Shown one piece after another: positions 45,796-58,868 of a stretch of 64,000 nucleotides of DNA (its first letter is position 1; each line of letters opens with the position of its first letter). The DNA lies in NCBI RefSeq assembly GCF_009914755.1, contig NC_060925.1; one strand, given 5' to 3'. The DNA is from the human T2T-CHM13v2.0 reference genome, Homo sapiens. Under the pieces are notes generated by a model. The model saw only the letters and a list, made by a program, of their open reading frames with translations. It was not told the DNA's origin and did not search any database. A program made the translations under genes and the position numbers.

Positions 45796-48700
45796 TGTGA
45801 CACATTTGCTGTGGGGGAGAGGTACACAGGTTTTTTTTTTTGTTTTTTTTTTTGCTCAGCAACTTCAAATCTATTATTTACAAATCTGTCACCTCCTACT
45901 AGACTAAGCTCAGGACAGAGGCTGTGTCTCAATCACCTTTTAACAATCAGTACCTGGAACATTAGTAGGTGCTCAGTAAGTGAATGTTTGCTGAATGAAT
46001 GATTGTATAATACCATCTAATTATCATAATCAGTATCAACTCAATATACACATTGTGTAAGGCACAGGGTTTTTTTTTTTAAAGCTAAAAACTTTTAAAA
46101 AATACTCTGCAAGTGTTTATTATTATTTTCCCATTAGAAAGGAACACAGTGATAAGTAATGTTCTACAGGTTCAAGATTTCAGTAACAAAGTAGAGAAGG
46201 GAGATCCAATGACTGGTTCTCTGCATTTTACCCTTCCACAGTCAGCTGTTCTACCAGGCAGAGATTTTATGATAGGGTTAAAATATTATTTCAGATAGTC
46301 AAGCATTATTTTTCTTTAAATCAATCTCTCAAATATATGATAAAGAAAACATTGTCATTTAAGAATTCTAATTGAGAGGTCTTTTGAGGATTGGTTTTTC
46401 AGATTACTTCAATGAAGCAAATGTGTTATCTACCATCAAGCTATAAAAAATTTAGAAACCAATTTAAAAATACTGCTAGCCTCTCCCTCTGTGTACTTAG
46501 CCCAGTGGTTTATCAAGCTTTTTCTAAGCATTCTACAAGCACTGGCAAGACTATGAGGAAAGTATCTGTGGTAATATAAAAATGAAAGGCAAGATAGGAA
46601 GAATATGGTATTTAAGTAGTTTGAAAGCACACGTTTGAAGATCGCTCATCCAGATTACAGGAAAATGCTGCAGGGGATTCTGCAGGCCCAACCCCCACCT
46701 GTCTGCAAGCCAACAAGTACTACTAGTAATTACTGTGTGTCAGCCTCCTAATGCCATCTAAATCTTAGCTTTCAACAGAATGATTGTGTAACTATCGCCT
46801 CTGCAGAAATTGCCTTGGAATTCTAAACTTACATTTCAATGGTCACTTAAAATTATTTATATGTTCTAGAAAAAGTTATTTTTTATTCATTGTTTCCATC
46901 ACCTACTTGTTAGCTTTCTTAAGAAAAAAATTTTTTTAGTATAAAAAGAATTGTGTTCACTAAGCCAGCTCACTTCTGACCACAATAGTGTCTTTGTGTA
47001 TTCATAGAAGGTGACCTGCCTCTAAATTTCAATGGGGAATTGTGAATGGGCCATGTTATGAAACTGTCCGAACTTCCTACTTGCTAGCATGGGAGACGAG
47101 GGGGGCAATATAACTGCCATGTTCTCTTCTTTTGGAAAATAACTTCAAACTGTAGACTCAAAAAGGGCAATGTGCTACAGGTTTGGAAGGAAGCTTTTAA
47201 AAAAAATGTTTCTCAGATTGTAAACTGAGGGTATGAAACCACCTGAAACTTTCTCTCTCTCTAAAAACCTTCTAGTATTCAGCACAAATGGAAGCGGGGG
47301 GCGGGGGGGGGGGCGCGGAGTAAATAAATCCATTTTACCAACCTCAAGCTAAAAAGAAACAAACTCTTCCCAAGTGATGTTTAATGCCAATTTTTCACAT
47401 TTTATCTGTCTTACAACTCATTAGAGGAAAACAACTGCAAAAATGTACCTATGTGGGGAAATCAGTATCTAAAAAGTACAAGATGGGATTATGTTATGGA
47501 ATCCAAGAATAGGAAAGCGAATGTGAATCCAGACAGCATGGTTTAGACGGGGACCCAAATAACCTTCAGCATAACTTCTCCAAACTTCATCAACTATTTT
47601 TAGCTTTTTTAGTGGGTCTAAAATGCAGTTAAATACCAAATTTCAGATGTGAACCACCTTTTCCTGTTAACTTGATTCTTTTCTAAATTCAACGAAAAAA
47701 GAAGCCCTAAAATCATTTGCTTCTTGAGGTTATCCTTTTATTAATCCACTTGTATAGCTTCAACTCATAGACAGCTCCTGAATCAATGACTCCAGCCTGG
47801 CTCAAGCTTCAACTTTGCATTTCCTATTGTCTGGTGATTATCTTTCCACTTGGATGGCCCTCTGGCATCTCAAACTCTACAAACCAAACTCCTCCTTTCA
47901 CTTCATACTCCATTCCCCACTCCCCAAACCAGTTCAGGGTCTAAGAGGATCACACTTCTCAAGGCACCATTTTTAACCTGAGGCCATGTACATTCAATTG
48001 CCAAGTTCCACAGACTACTTTTACATGGTTTCTCAAATCTTACCCTTCCATTGACAGGCATCATTCTTCCTGGGGTCTGGCAATATGCAACCTATTCTAC
48101 AACACTAGTACCAAGTCAATATTCCTTAACAACAGCTCAAGCTAAGATTTGCTGCTGCTCAAAAAATCTTCAAAGGCTCCTAAATAAAACCTCCTCAGCC
48201 TGGCAATTTAGGGCCTCCACAATATAAACCTAATCTATATTTTCAAGCGCGCTTCTATTTTCCCCAAATCTCTGTTACAATTCGATTCATCCTTTAAGGT
48301 CAGCTCTACCCTGCCTTCTCCATGAAGCCGCTCCCTTTCATGAAACACTGGAGCAGCGGCGCTCTGTTCTTGTGTTATTTTGTGCTGGGCCCCAATTCCC
48401 CTTCCACTCTTCAAATCATCTAGGACAGAACTGATGTCTGATTTATGCTTTCCCCCTGTAGATCTTGGCATCATTCATGTCTATTATTTATTAAATGGAT
48501 ACTGAGAAAATATCCATCTCATTTTTAAAAAGTAATGACATGAAAGATTCACATACACTGTGAGTCAGTGAAGAGCTCAGGGGAGAAGCAGATTTATAAA
48601 GGATAAAGTTAATGCGTGCTGGAGTGAGGCGACTGCCCAATAATAATGTAACAACCTTAGGATATGTAACAGGAAGGAATTTTTATGAAATTCATTTCCA

Positions 48701-49477
48701 GAATTCAAAGAAGACAGTTTGTAGACTGAGTAAAAATTATAAGCTTCAGTGGTTAACAGTGTAGCTTTCTAAACTGGTTTCTGTTACAGTATATTTACTT
48801 GAAGCAATTGGGGGGGTACTTTCTTAAAACAGTGTTTTGCCTTCTCTTAAAACACTATTCCTTCTAGACTGTGTTTTTGCTGCTGAATTTAAGGTGACTT
48901 TCATTTTTCTAAAAAAGTTACACCAAAAGCACACTGCACCTTCTTCATTAAGGTGAAATCATATGCCTTTAGCTTGAGGACAGTCTCTTTGAAACTGCTT
49001 AAAAAAAAAAAAAAAAGAAAAATGCAGGCTACCTTAAGGCAGTAACCTAGATATGCTTACCTGGCCACCAGATCTCATTAATAAATCTCAGAAGCCATCC
49101 ATGGGAGGAGGAGGGGCACATTTTTGTCATACAACTCATCCAGTTCTGCCCAGTGCTTCCTTATTTAAGAGTGTGATGTAATTTCCTCCTTTCAATCTGG
49201 TTCTAGAACCTGATTTCTGTTTATTCAGGGTGATAAATGGTCTTTTCAGTTCCATTTAAGAATCACCTACATTAAGTACTTCCATAACCAAGGAAGATAA
49301 TAAGGTAACTACATTTAAAGGCAAAATTTATAAAAGGAAACTGATTTAGGAATATGACAAACTCCATGATTTTAGATCCTCCCCAAATATACCAATCTCT
49401 GCATGTTTATTTTTTAAAATGTCTAAAATAATCACCTGTGAGGAAATTAAAACAAACAAACAAACAAAAAAACACCA

Positions 49478-49793
<316 letters not shown>

Positions 49794-50579
49794 TGATTTA
49801 GGTAGGGGTAGGAAAAGAAAGAGGGAGGCAAGTTAAGAAAACTTCCTTAGTTGTACTCTCTACCATGGTAAGCATAAGTAGCCTTTAAATTAAAAACATA
49901 GATTACTTTTAAAATAATGCCATGTTTTAATGTAATTAAAATACTCCTGCATGAATTCAAGAAAAGCTTGATGGCTTCAGTAAACATTAAAATATAGTTC
50001 AGTGTGGCAAAGATGAACATTTGTGTCTGTGTTTGCAGCTCCATTCCTCAGAGGCTCTTAAACATGTCCAGAACATAATGGACCATTTGTAGGTGGTGAA
50101 ATAGAGGCAACAGAGAAAATAATTTATCTTCAAACTGTCAAATAAAAAATAAATGACGTAATTTATTCAATAATTCAGAATGCTTTCTAGCTAAGTATTT
50201 TAAAAAATGGTAAACTAACAAAAAACCCATTCCCTCAACTACCATAATCCAGTCTTTCAACTCACTTAAGCCTCCCACACAATTTTAGTGTGACAGCAGA
50301 AAAGTAGGATAGCAGGAATACATTCTTTTGTCCTTTGTATTTCTCCTACAGAGTAGCACAATCAGTAACTATATATACACACAGAGGGGAGAAAAATATT
50401 ATTTCTTTTTGACATATAACAATAGATTATTTCTTACTATAAAAGTGAATTCTAATCTAAAGACAACGAGCACAATGGTCTAATGATGGGACGCAAGTCT
50501 TTAAAACTTCAAATTTATTTAACAAGCATTTAAGTTACCCGATGGGTAACTCTAGATTGTTACAATTAATATAAAACCA

Positions 50580-52040
50580 TTAATGATAACTAACATTCAC
50601 TGGACATACAACTGCCAGGCAAGCATGGTTCTAAGTGCTTTATGTGTATGAACTCATTTAATCCTCTCTACAATGCCATAAGGTGGGCTACTATTATTAC
50701 TCTCACTTACTTGAGGCACAGAGTTAAAGAACTTGCTCAAGGTCAAAACTGGTGAGCAATGGGGCCAGGACTTCAACTAGACAGCCCGGCCTCAGTGTCC
50801 AGGCCCTTCACCAACACACCACACTGCCTCTTCCTGTCCCTACGGCTTTTTAAACTGGCGAAGTAGGATCCGACTGACTATACTGCTCAACTTGTAAGGG
50901 TAGCACAGATCCTTTTTTATGGATTTACTGGTAATAGTTTTTCTTGGGTAACCTGTAGCCTATGAAAGTTCCTGTTTCACTTCAACTCCCTCAAATTCTC
51001 CTATTAAAAGTTATTAATTGTAGATCTGGCCTATGTATCCTCTAAAATGGGTGGGTTAAGGCATCAATTTGACATTCTATTACCACTTCAAACAACTATT
51101 TTGAAGCCCTCAGTCTTTAACGATCCACGGATGCCCCACCACAACAGAACTCTTTACAACATGGTTATTTCATATAACACAAGTCTGTTTTTACTCGTAA
51201 TAAGCGGTTACTACATATACCCAACGGGCCTCCTTTTAACATGCTTTCACAGCATGGATCCCAATGATGGCATTATAATCACACTGTATTGTAAAATCCG
51301 GAATTTAACAATAGCATACCTTATATTTGTAAAGCACTCAACAAGTTACAAAGCACCTTCTTACACATTATCTCACTTGATCCCCACAACATCCCTGTAA
51401 GAAGAGGCAGGGATTAGAATCTCCATTTTGCAGATGAGGAAACAAAGTGAGGTTAAATATCTTGCTATAAGCAAAAGGGCGATCATGGCTCTTCTGTACT
51501 ATAATCCAGCATTTTCCCCACACTTTCACTACCTCTCCACTCTATAGTATCTTCATTTTAGGCAACAACCTCATTTCTCCTTGTAACATTCTTGTTTATA
51601 AATGGAGAAACTGAAGCAAAAGGCTGTTAAGTTAAATGCTCAAGACCTAAGTGCTAGTCAATAGCAGAGGCAGGAACAGAAACTCAACTCATAGTGCTCA
51701 TTCAGCTCAAAAATTCTTAGAGGGCAAGGATTAATTCTTTTCACAAATATTTATCAAGTGCTTATTCTGGATTAGACACCATGTGAGGTGAAAAATAGAG
51801 ATGGCTGCTGCCTGAAGAAGCCTTCCATCTAATGAGGGAGGAAGAGAATAGCCAAGCAAGCAAACAATTTTAGATGGCGATACCTTCCAAGGAAACAAGC
51901 AGGGTACAGCAGCAATAGGATAAGGAGGCAGAGGAGCATATATTTACACAGGTGGTTTGGGAAGGCCTCTCTGAGTAGGTGACTTTTAAATGGAAATCTA
52001 AAGGCTGAAAAAGAGGCAGCCCTGATAAGAGTCAGAAGAC
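50580..52040. mobile_element. MIR (~50580-50830, ~51300-51700) and L2 (~51740-52040) relics in ERRFI1 intron 1
   Basis: aactcatttaatcct...gaggcacagagtt...acttgctcaaggtca; ctccattttgcagatgaggaaac; acaaatatttatcaagtgctta...ggaaggcctctctgag. Confidence 0.55.
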
Positions 52041-52204
52041 AATTCTACTGAGCGAATAGTTGTTTAAAAAACAATCTGTAACTAGTCCAGTTTCACATCT
52101 GGGGTATTGAATAAGAGCTTTTGGATAATGTCTTCCAATCCTTACCTTCCTATTGTTTCCAAGTTGAAAAGGGCTCCATTTCTGTAGCCAAAGCCCCACA
52201 TTTT

Positions 52205-52505
52205 TTTGTTTGTTTATTTTTTAAAGACAGAGTCTCACTCTGTCACCAGGCTGTAGTGCAGTCGTGTGATCTTGGCTTACTGCAACCTCTGCCTCCCAGG
52301 CTCAAGCAATCCTCCCACCTCAGCCTCCTGAGTAGCTGGGACTACAGACGTGTGCCACCATACCCAGCTAATTTTTGTGTTTTTTTGTAGTGACAGGGTT
52401 TCACCATGTTGCCCAGGTTGGTCTCATACTCTTGGGCTCAAGCCATCTGCCCGCCTTGGCCTCCCAAAGTGCTGAGATTACAGGCCTGAGCCACTGAGCC
52501 CGGCC
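52205..52505 (-). mobile_element. Alu (J-like) in ERRFI1 intron 1
   Basis: TSD aaagccccacatttt at 52190-52204 and 52507-52521. Confidence 0.92.
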
Positions 52506-55084
52506 AAAAGCCCCACATTTTAAAGACACATTCATTGAGACCTGGAAGAGTGGTCTTTTCGTAATATTGCCCAATTTTATGGTGTGAGGAATTGGACTAC
52601 AGTATCAACAAAGACTTGAAATCTGAGAATCCTCCCCACCACCTTCTGAAATCTGAACCCCCCTCAGTAACTTTTCCCTATCTTAAAACTAATTGTTAAG
52701 GTAGTAACTTACATTTAGGACCCTCAAACTCATTCGCCTCATCTACCTTTACAAAGCACGTGTTTATGCTGTGTGAACAATGCCAGAATACCACAACTGG
52801 ACTGCGTTTATGTAGCGAGTTCTTTATTAGCTTTTGTATAGCCAGACACCCGCAAAGGATGCTAAATGTATCCAAATGGATCCAGATGATGAGGTACCAA
52901 TTCAAATTTATTTAGATTAAGAGCAGAGTTGTTTCTCTGGCAGAGGGAGCCTATGCCATTCCAATTCCTGGAGTTACCCCTGACACCTCCTTTCCTTCCT
53001 CTGCTCCTTTCTAAAGCAATCTGATGGTATGCAGACAATCAGGTCAGTTTCAAGCATGTTAGATTGTGCCTGTAATTTACGCAAATTGCTTTGAAAAGCC
53101 ACCATTAGTTTCAGCAGAAAGGAAGTATTATCTAGCTCAACTTTTGAGAAGCAGCAGTCAAGAGGTATTTTCACACAAAAACTCAAGCATAATTAAATCT
53201 TATAAAGAGTGACCAGTATATCTTGTGAACTGCAAGTAGGAAAACCGATGATTGAAACAACAGTTTTACCCGTCAAAAATATCAATAATTCAGGCATTTC
53301 ATAACAGCCATAAAAAAATTAAACAGATTTGCTTTCCAACCCTTATCAATGACTGCTCCAATCCTGCTGAGCCTTAAAAGGTAAAACATGCTTTCATGCA
53401 ATTATTTATCAACATCAACTATGTGCAAGGCTGCATAAGATAGAAGCTATACAAGGCAGAGTGCCTACCCTTAAGGAGTTTACAATCTAATATATCTGTC
53501 AGGTTATAAATCGTTAGTCTAAGACCTCTATCACTTATTATCGAGTGTCCCCTGGAACACACAGGTGAAAATAAACTTCTGCTTGAAGCAAAGGGAATGA
53601 CAAATAGTTTCTGAAGTCCATGCTAAATCCTTTGTTATTTTTCTTCAAACTTGCTAATATCTGGAAAAGAACTTGCTTGATAACATATTGGTAACCAATT
53701 ATAGCCAGCATGTTAGCAAGAAACCAGCTTCTTTTATTTTGGTCTTTGCAAAATTTGATCATTTGCTGATACCTAGCCTGTCTTTGGTCTCTGTTCAAAT
53801 AAAATTTCACTTAAAACTGTATATTGTAATTACAGAAATATAAGAAAAGAAATGCAGTTAAAAAAATAGGTACGGTGAACTTGGGATGTTCAGTCTCAAC
53901 AAATGTGTGTACCCACTGCATTCTTACACATTTATAAAAGGTTGAACATTTGTTCTGGAAGGGAAAAAAAGGGCATTTTAACCTCACCTTTCTTCACCCC
54001 TGACAGTTGCCTAGAAACCAGTCTTGCCCTACCTGTGTTGCAGGTGTACCTCAAGTCACCGACACATCTCTTTTAAAGCTACAGTCTCCATTCTGACTTA
54101 AGTTTATGACTAACCATCTATTCATATTTTTATCAGGTAAGAGACTGGTTTCTTTCAAGCAATGATGAAATCCTAATAAAGACTTAGCAAGCACCAATAC
54201 AGCACCATTCACGGTTAAAGAGTCATCTAATTTGTACAGGGCTATGATATACATATAAATACACACACAAAATTCCCAATAAGCATTCACGTCTTGAACA
54301 CATAATTTTGCAGTCCGATTCCATTCAAAGCCGTACTTAAGACACTCAGAGCAAAGAATCACGTTTCTAGGAGAGAAGGAAGAGTTCAGAACAGCTTAGA
54401 CGAATTTTTAAATACTGATTTCGGCATTACCATCGTCGCTGTGAGATTAGGCAGAGGGAGCGGGGCTGACCGCCAGAGAACCGGTACCAACCACCGCAAG
54501 CAATCGCCGAGCCTCCCACCCCAGCTTTCAAGACAGGATTTACGGGTACACGGTGTGAACAAGACAACGCAACCCCCTTTTTACAAATAAAAAAAAAATC
54601 AAACAAGCCCCCAGGCCCGAAGACGCTCATCCCCGCCGGGCAACCCCGCGAGCGCAGGCTGCGGGACGAGGACCTTCATGCTCGCCGCTCCCGAACCCCC
54701 GTCCGCTCCTGCGGTCCCGGTGCTGCGGGGACGTATCCCGGGCGCTCGGGTGCATGGCCCCGGCCAGCCGAGGGGCCGCGCGACGACCACAGCCGGCGTG
54801 GAGAAGGCGGCGGGCGCCGGCACTTCGCGGCGTCCCCAGGCCCGGGCTGCGCCGCCGGGGAGGGTCCCGCTCTCCACACCTCAATGGGGAGAAGCCCGCG
54901 AGCGACCGGCCGGCCTCTCCCTCCATCCCAGAGACTCCGCGTCGCGGCGACCCTCCCCGCGCCCTCCACGCCCCCGCCCTCGCGTCGGGGAGCCGCCTGG
55001 ATCCCGGCGCCCGGCGCGGGGCCCCCTGAGGGAACGGAGCGCTGCGTGGCCCTCCCCACCCCCTCAGCGCGCCAGGCCCCTTAC

Positions 55085-55236
55085 CCCGGAGGAGCGGCGG
55101 CTGCCCCGCGGCGCCCTCCCGCGCATGTCCGTCCCGGCTGGCTCAGCGCCGCGGGCTCAGGGGCCCGGACATCGCGCAGGCGCCTCTTGCTGGCTCGCGC
55201 TCCCGCTAGCACTCTGCCTCGCACCGGACCGCCGTC
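55085..55236 (-). other. ERRFI1: ERRFI1 exon 1 (5' UTR only); TSS estimated ~30 nt downstream of the TATA box
   Basis: Donor CCGGG|gtaagg (GT at 55084-55083) inside the CpG island, downstream of the TATA box. TSS position is inferred. Confidence 0.85.
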
Positions 55237-55254
55237 GCCGCGGCTGCCGCCGCC

Positions 55255-55330
55255 GCCTCTATATATAGCATAGGCCGCCGGGCCGTGAGGTCGCCGCGTC
55301 CCGCCCCGCCTCCTCCCGCAGCCAATCAGG
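55255..55330 (-). promoter_or_regulatory. ERRFI1: ERRFI1 core promoter: TATA box, GC boxes, CCAAT box
   Basis: CTATATATAG at 55259-55268 is the only AT run in a GC-rich island. CCCGCCCCGCC at 55300-55310; GCCAATCAG at 55321-55329. Confidence 0.88.
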
Positions 55331-55515
55331 GCGCGCGCCGCTTAAAGGGGCGATGCCGTGGCCGAGGCGTTGCGCCGGGCCCACCGTGGCGTAGCGCGGC
55401 GCTGCAGGGAGCCGGCTTTGTCTCCCGGAGAGGCGTCTCCGGGCTGACCGCGGCCGCAGCTCCGCTCCTCTGCCTGAGCCGTGCGGCAGCCCTGGGAGCC
55501 TCTCAACGCCGAGCT

Positions 55516-55727
55516 TTCCTCAGAAGCCCGCGGCGACCCGGGCCTCGGCCGCTGTTCCTGCCCGAACTGAGGGCACATCGCGCTTCGCGCGGGATTTCCC
55601 ATAAATTCAGGCTCCGGGCAAGATTGTGTGTTTTTTCCTCTCCGCGGGCCGCCGCTGGCCGTGTGGGCCGAAGAAGCCCTGGAGGGGGAGAGGGGAGCCG
55701 CTCTCGACTGGGCTTGCGGCGTGGGAG
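55516..55727. promoter_or_regulatory. Proximal inducible-factor motifs: STAT6-type TTCCTCAGAA (55516-55525), NF-kB GGGATTTCCC (55591-55600), EGR-like GCGTGGGAG (55719-55727)
   Basis: Direct consensus matches (TTCN4GAA; GGGRNWYYCC). Occupancy cannot be shown from sequence. Confidence 0.45.
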
Positions 55728-56510
55728 GGACAGTGAGGGACACTTAGGGACTGTGTGGGGCAGTGAAGGATAGTGTGGGATGATGAGGGACCGTGTGGAC
55801 CGGTGAGCGACTGTGTGGGACAGTGCGGGACGATGAGAGACGGTGTGGGACGGTGAGGGACAGTGCGGGACGATGAGGGACAGTGAGGGACTGTGTAGGA
55901 CAGTGAGGGACAGTGTGGGACGGTGAGGGACAGTGTGGGACGGTGAGGGACAGTGTGGGACGGTGAGGGACAGTGTGGGACGGTGAGGGACAGTGAGGGA
56001 CTGTGTAGGACAGTGAGGGACAGTGTGGGACGGTGAGGGACAGTGAGGGACAGTGTAGGACAGTGAGGGACAGTGTGGGACGGTGAGGGACTGTGTGGGA
56101 CAGTGAGGGACTTTGGGACTGTGAGGGACTCGGACAGTGAAGGATGGCAAGGGACAGTGTGGGACAGTATGGGACAGTGGACAGTGAGGCACTGTGAGGG
56201 GCGGTGAGGGACAATGAAGGATGTCAAGGGACAGTGTGGGACAGTGGACGGTGAGGTACTGTGAGGGGCGGTGAGGGACAGTGTGGGACTGTGAGGGATG
56301 GCGAGGGACAGAGTAGGACAGCAAGGGAGGATGAGGGGACAGAGTGGGCCGGCGTGGGGCGGTGAGGCTACGCGGGGGGAACCCAGGGCTCCTCTGACTG
56401 CGTTGGAATATGGAGGAAAGGTCCTGCTCGAGGTTGAGCCCTTCAGGGTCGCTGTGGGTTTCCAGGAGGAGCTCCCTCACTACTGACTTAGGGGGCCCTC
56501 GGCTTCCCAG
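55650..56510 (+). ncRNA. Probable 5' region of a divergent lncRNA from the ERRFI1 bidirectional promoter
   Basis: Far edge of a CpG-island promoter, with a possible donor CAG|gtttgt at 56510/56511. I recall a divergent transcript being annotated here, but its exon bounds cannot be read from sequence. Confidence 0.35.
55727..56345 (+). repeat. G-rich minisatellite, 10-bp unit GGGAC(A/G)GTG(T/A), about 60 units
   Basis: Unit is directly visible, e.g. 55921-55980 is (cggtgagggacagtgtggga)x3. The array degenerates at both ends. Confidence 0.97.
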
Positions 56511-58816
56511 GTTTGTGTTTACTCAGGCGACCTGAGCTGGCCCCGACGTCTTTTGGCTTTGGAGAGGCCACGGATGCCCAAGGACAAAGCCCCAGCGGGC
56601 CTGTGGGAGGAGGTTTCTCGGGGCGCCAGTGATGCAACTTAGGCTTATAGTTTAACCGTAAAATAAATAATACAAATGATAACAAACCAAGAGTGACTAA
56701 AGTCAGAAAAAAAGCAAACAGACGGAAACCCTCTAGTTTTAACTAGAACAAATTCCCTGGCTGGTCCTCTGTTGGGAGAGCCCAGAGACCTGTCGCTGAC
56801 CTCTAGCCTCCTGGAGCCCCTGCTTGCACTTCAGCAATAATGCCTGATAGTTAGACACTGATCACTAGCTAATTGGGGTAGTTTAACATATGGAATGAGA
56901 TTCTGGCCTTATTATCAGGTTAACTATTAACTCTACACCCCATGAAATGATTTGCCTTTCCCCCACTATTATTTACTTACATTCTTTTTAATTTAATTCA
57001 AAGGCCTAATTTTGAATTCAAGGCCTTAAGCACGAAAAGGAAAAAAAAAAGAAAAAGAATCTGAAGTATCTTTGCCCTCTCTCACTTGCAAAACAAACGA
57101 ACGTTTTGCAGAGAGAAATCTGGCTTCCTTTCTGATGGCTCTTCTGGCTTACAAGGGGCTGTTGGGTCATTTTCATGCCTATGCCATTTGTCAACAATTC
57201 AGTTAACCTATCTTCTTACAGCCATTCATTTAGTATTATTTTAGGATGATGGAAATGAGTCACAACTAATTGCAGAGTTCCTTACCAACTAACTAGGTTT
57301 TTTGATCCAAAGAAAATCTGTCCCGATTTTCCTCCCATTTTGGCGTCATTTATGTTTGTGGCTTACCCATATGCTGTTATCAGTGTAAAAAAAAGATGAG
57401 TGTGAGAACTTGCCAGGGTACATCTTTTCAAACCTCACGGGACAGGATTTACTGAATGGGCACCTAAAGGAGCTCAAGTTTCATCTGAAAGGAGCCCTGG
57501 CTATACTATTTCAAGTCACTACAATACAGTTGTAATTTGTGCTTCGGCCTTATTGGCGTGCTTTTACATTCCCCTATTCATAAAACAGTGATAATCACCA
57601 GAGCAACCATCAAACACACCCCTTCTTTAGAGAAAGAAGATCAACAGGATACTCACTCTACAGTTGTGAGCTGTATGATGTGCTAATGTTTTGGTAAATT
57701 ATCAAAAATCATAAAATCCCATGAGTAATATGTGATTAATCTGATTTTTCTATTTTAAACAACTTGCAAAATAAACTTGATTTATTCATTTTTTGGGGAA
57801 AACCTGTTTAGCCACTAGTTTGCTGTGTTTAGCTTGCAGTTATATAATATGGCTTTCTCAGCTGTGGAAGAATTACATGAGAAGACTTACACCCCACAAA
57901 TTTTTTATCTAATAGTCTGTTAATGATGTGTTATAATAACATTGATATGTCAATAATATTGTAGGACATCTTGGGAAGAGTTTAAAAGCAAAACGCTAAG
58001 CATCTTGAAGTAATACTAGCATGTTGTGTTTATTAAGTGATTATTCATTGACCTTTAATAGATTAGAACACTACACCAGAGATTCGGGGAAATAGTCTCT
58101 TTTTCCTGAACCCAATTTGTTTTAAATTATCTCCAGAAAAGCATGACATTTAAAGTAAGACAGTGTTTTTTATATCTCTCACAGTCTGCTTAATTTTGAG
58201 GCCATTTTCCAAGGAATTTATATTAGTTGATTTTTTTAATAGAACTCAACATCTAAAACGTTAGACTTGCATCACATTGACCCAAATTGTCACTTTTCAC
58301 TTGCCCTTCTTTCAGTGTAAGAAGAAGCTGTCTTTGGAGTGAGAACAAGGGTGAGGTTCTGGCTCAGAAACCTTAGAATCACAGACACTGTTTTCCTGAA
58401 AACATTGCTTCTTTCTCTCATCTCAAAGAAATGCCACAAGTCGTGTGTAAGTATAACATGCTGGACAGGTCCTTATTAAATTTATATTTGTATTTTGATA
58501 TTATTTTAATCCTGTAGAAGAACATATACATTTTGGTGTTTATTCTTCTTGATTATAGAAGTTTTTGTGTTTCTACTTTGTTTATAATAAATATTTTAAA
58601 GTTAAACACATTTTGTATGTCCCTCTTGGTCCTAGAGCCTTTGTTTCTGTCTATACATAATATAAATGTATATTATGCACTTAAACTATTTTATAGATAA
58701 GTGTGCAATAAAAAAATACAACCAAGAGAGGAATTACATTTCCTAGAGGGTGTTTGCTTAGTGTGCTACATTGCATTTTGGGAACATTCATATTTCTGTT
58801 CATGGATGTTTCCAAA

Positions 58817-58852
58817 ACGCATGCATGTACACACACACACACACACACACAC
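58817..58852 (+). repeat. (CA)n microsatellite with alternating purine-pyrimidine lead-in
   Basis: acgcatgcatgtacacacacacacacacacacacac. Confidence 0.9.
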
Positions 58853-58868
58853 TCAACATATAAAATAA

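Larger units (their letters stand above)
54430..55730. promoter_or_regulatory. CpG island spanning the ERRFI1 promoter, exon 1 and start of intron 1
   Basis: Very high GC content and dense unmutated CpGs, against CpG-depleted flanks. Confidence 0.93.

Noticed and set aside
50533-50551. Hairpin agttaccc-gat-gggtaact, and the (TAAT)n palindrome at 60495-60516
   Set aside because: Short or low-complexity inverted repeats at about chance frequency, with no supporting context.
53943-53956. GRE-like tgaaca-tt-tgttct in intron 1 (ERRFI1 is glucocorticoid-inducible)
   Set aside because: The spacer is 2 nt rather than the required 3.
54599-55773. Several 90-196 aa Ala/Arg/Pro/Gly-rich ORFs on both strands
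   Set aside because: Expected from stop-codon scarcity in a CpG island.
55727-56345. Regular array superficially like a CRISPR
   Set aside because: Units are contiguous with no unique spacers, there are no cas genes, and the DNA is primate.
55503-56480. 325-, 206- and 156-aa ORFs with TVPHCPS repeats
   Set aside because: Translations of the 10-bp minisatellite. A period not divisible by 3 argues against coding.
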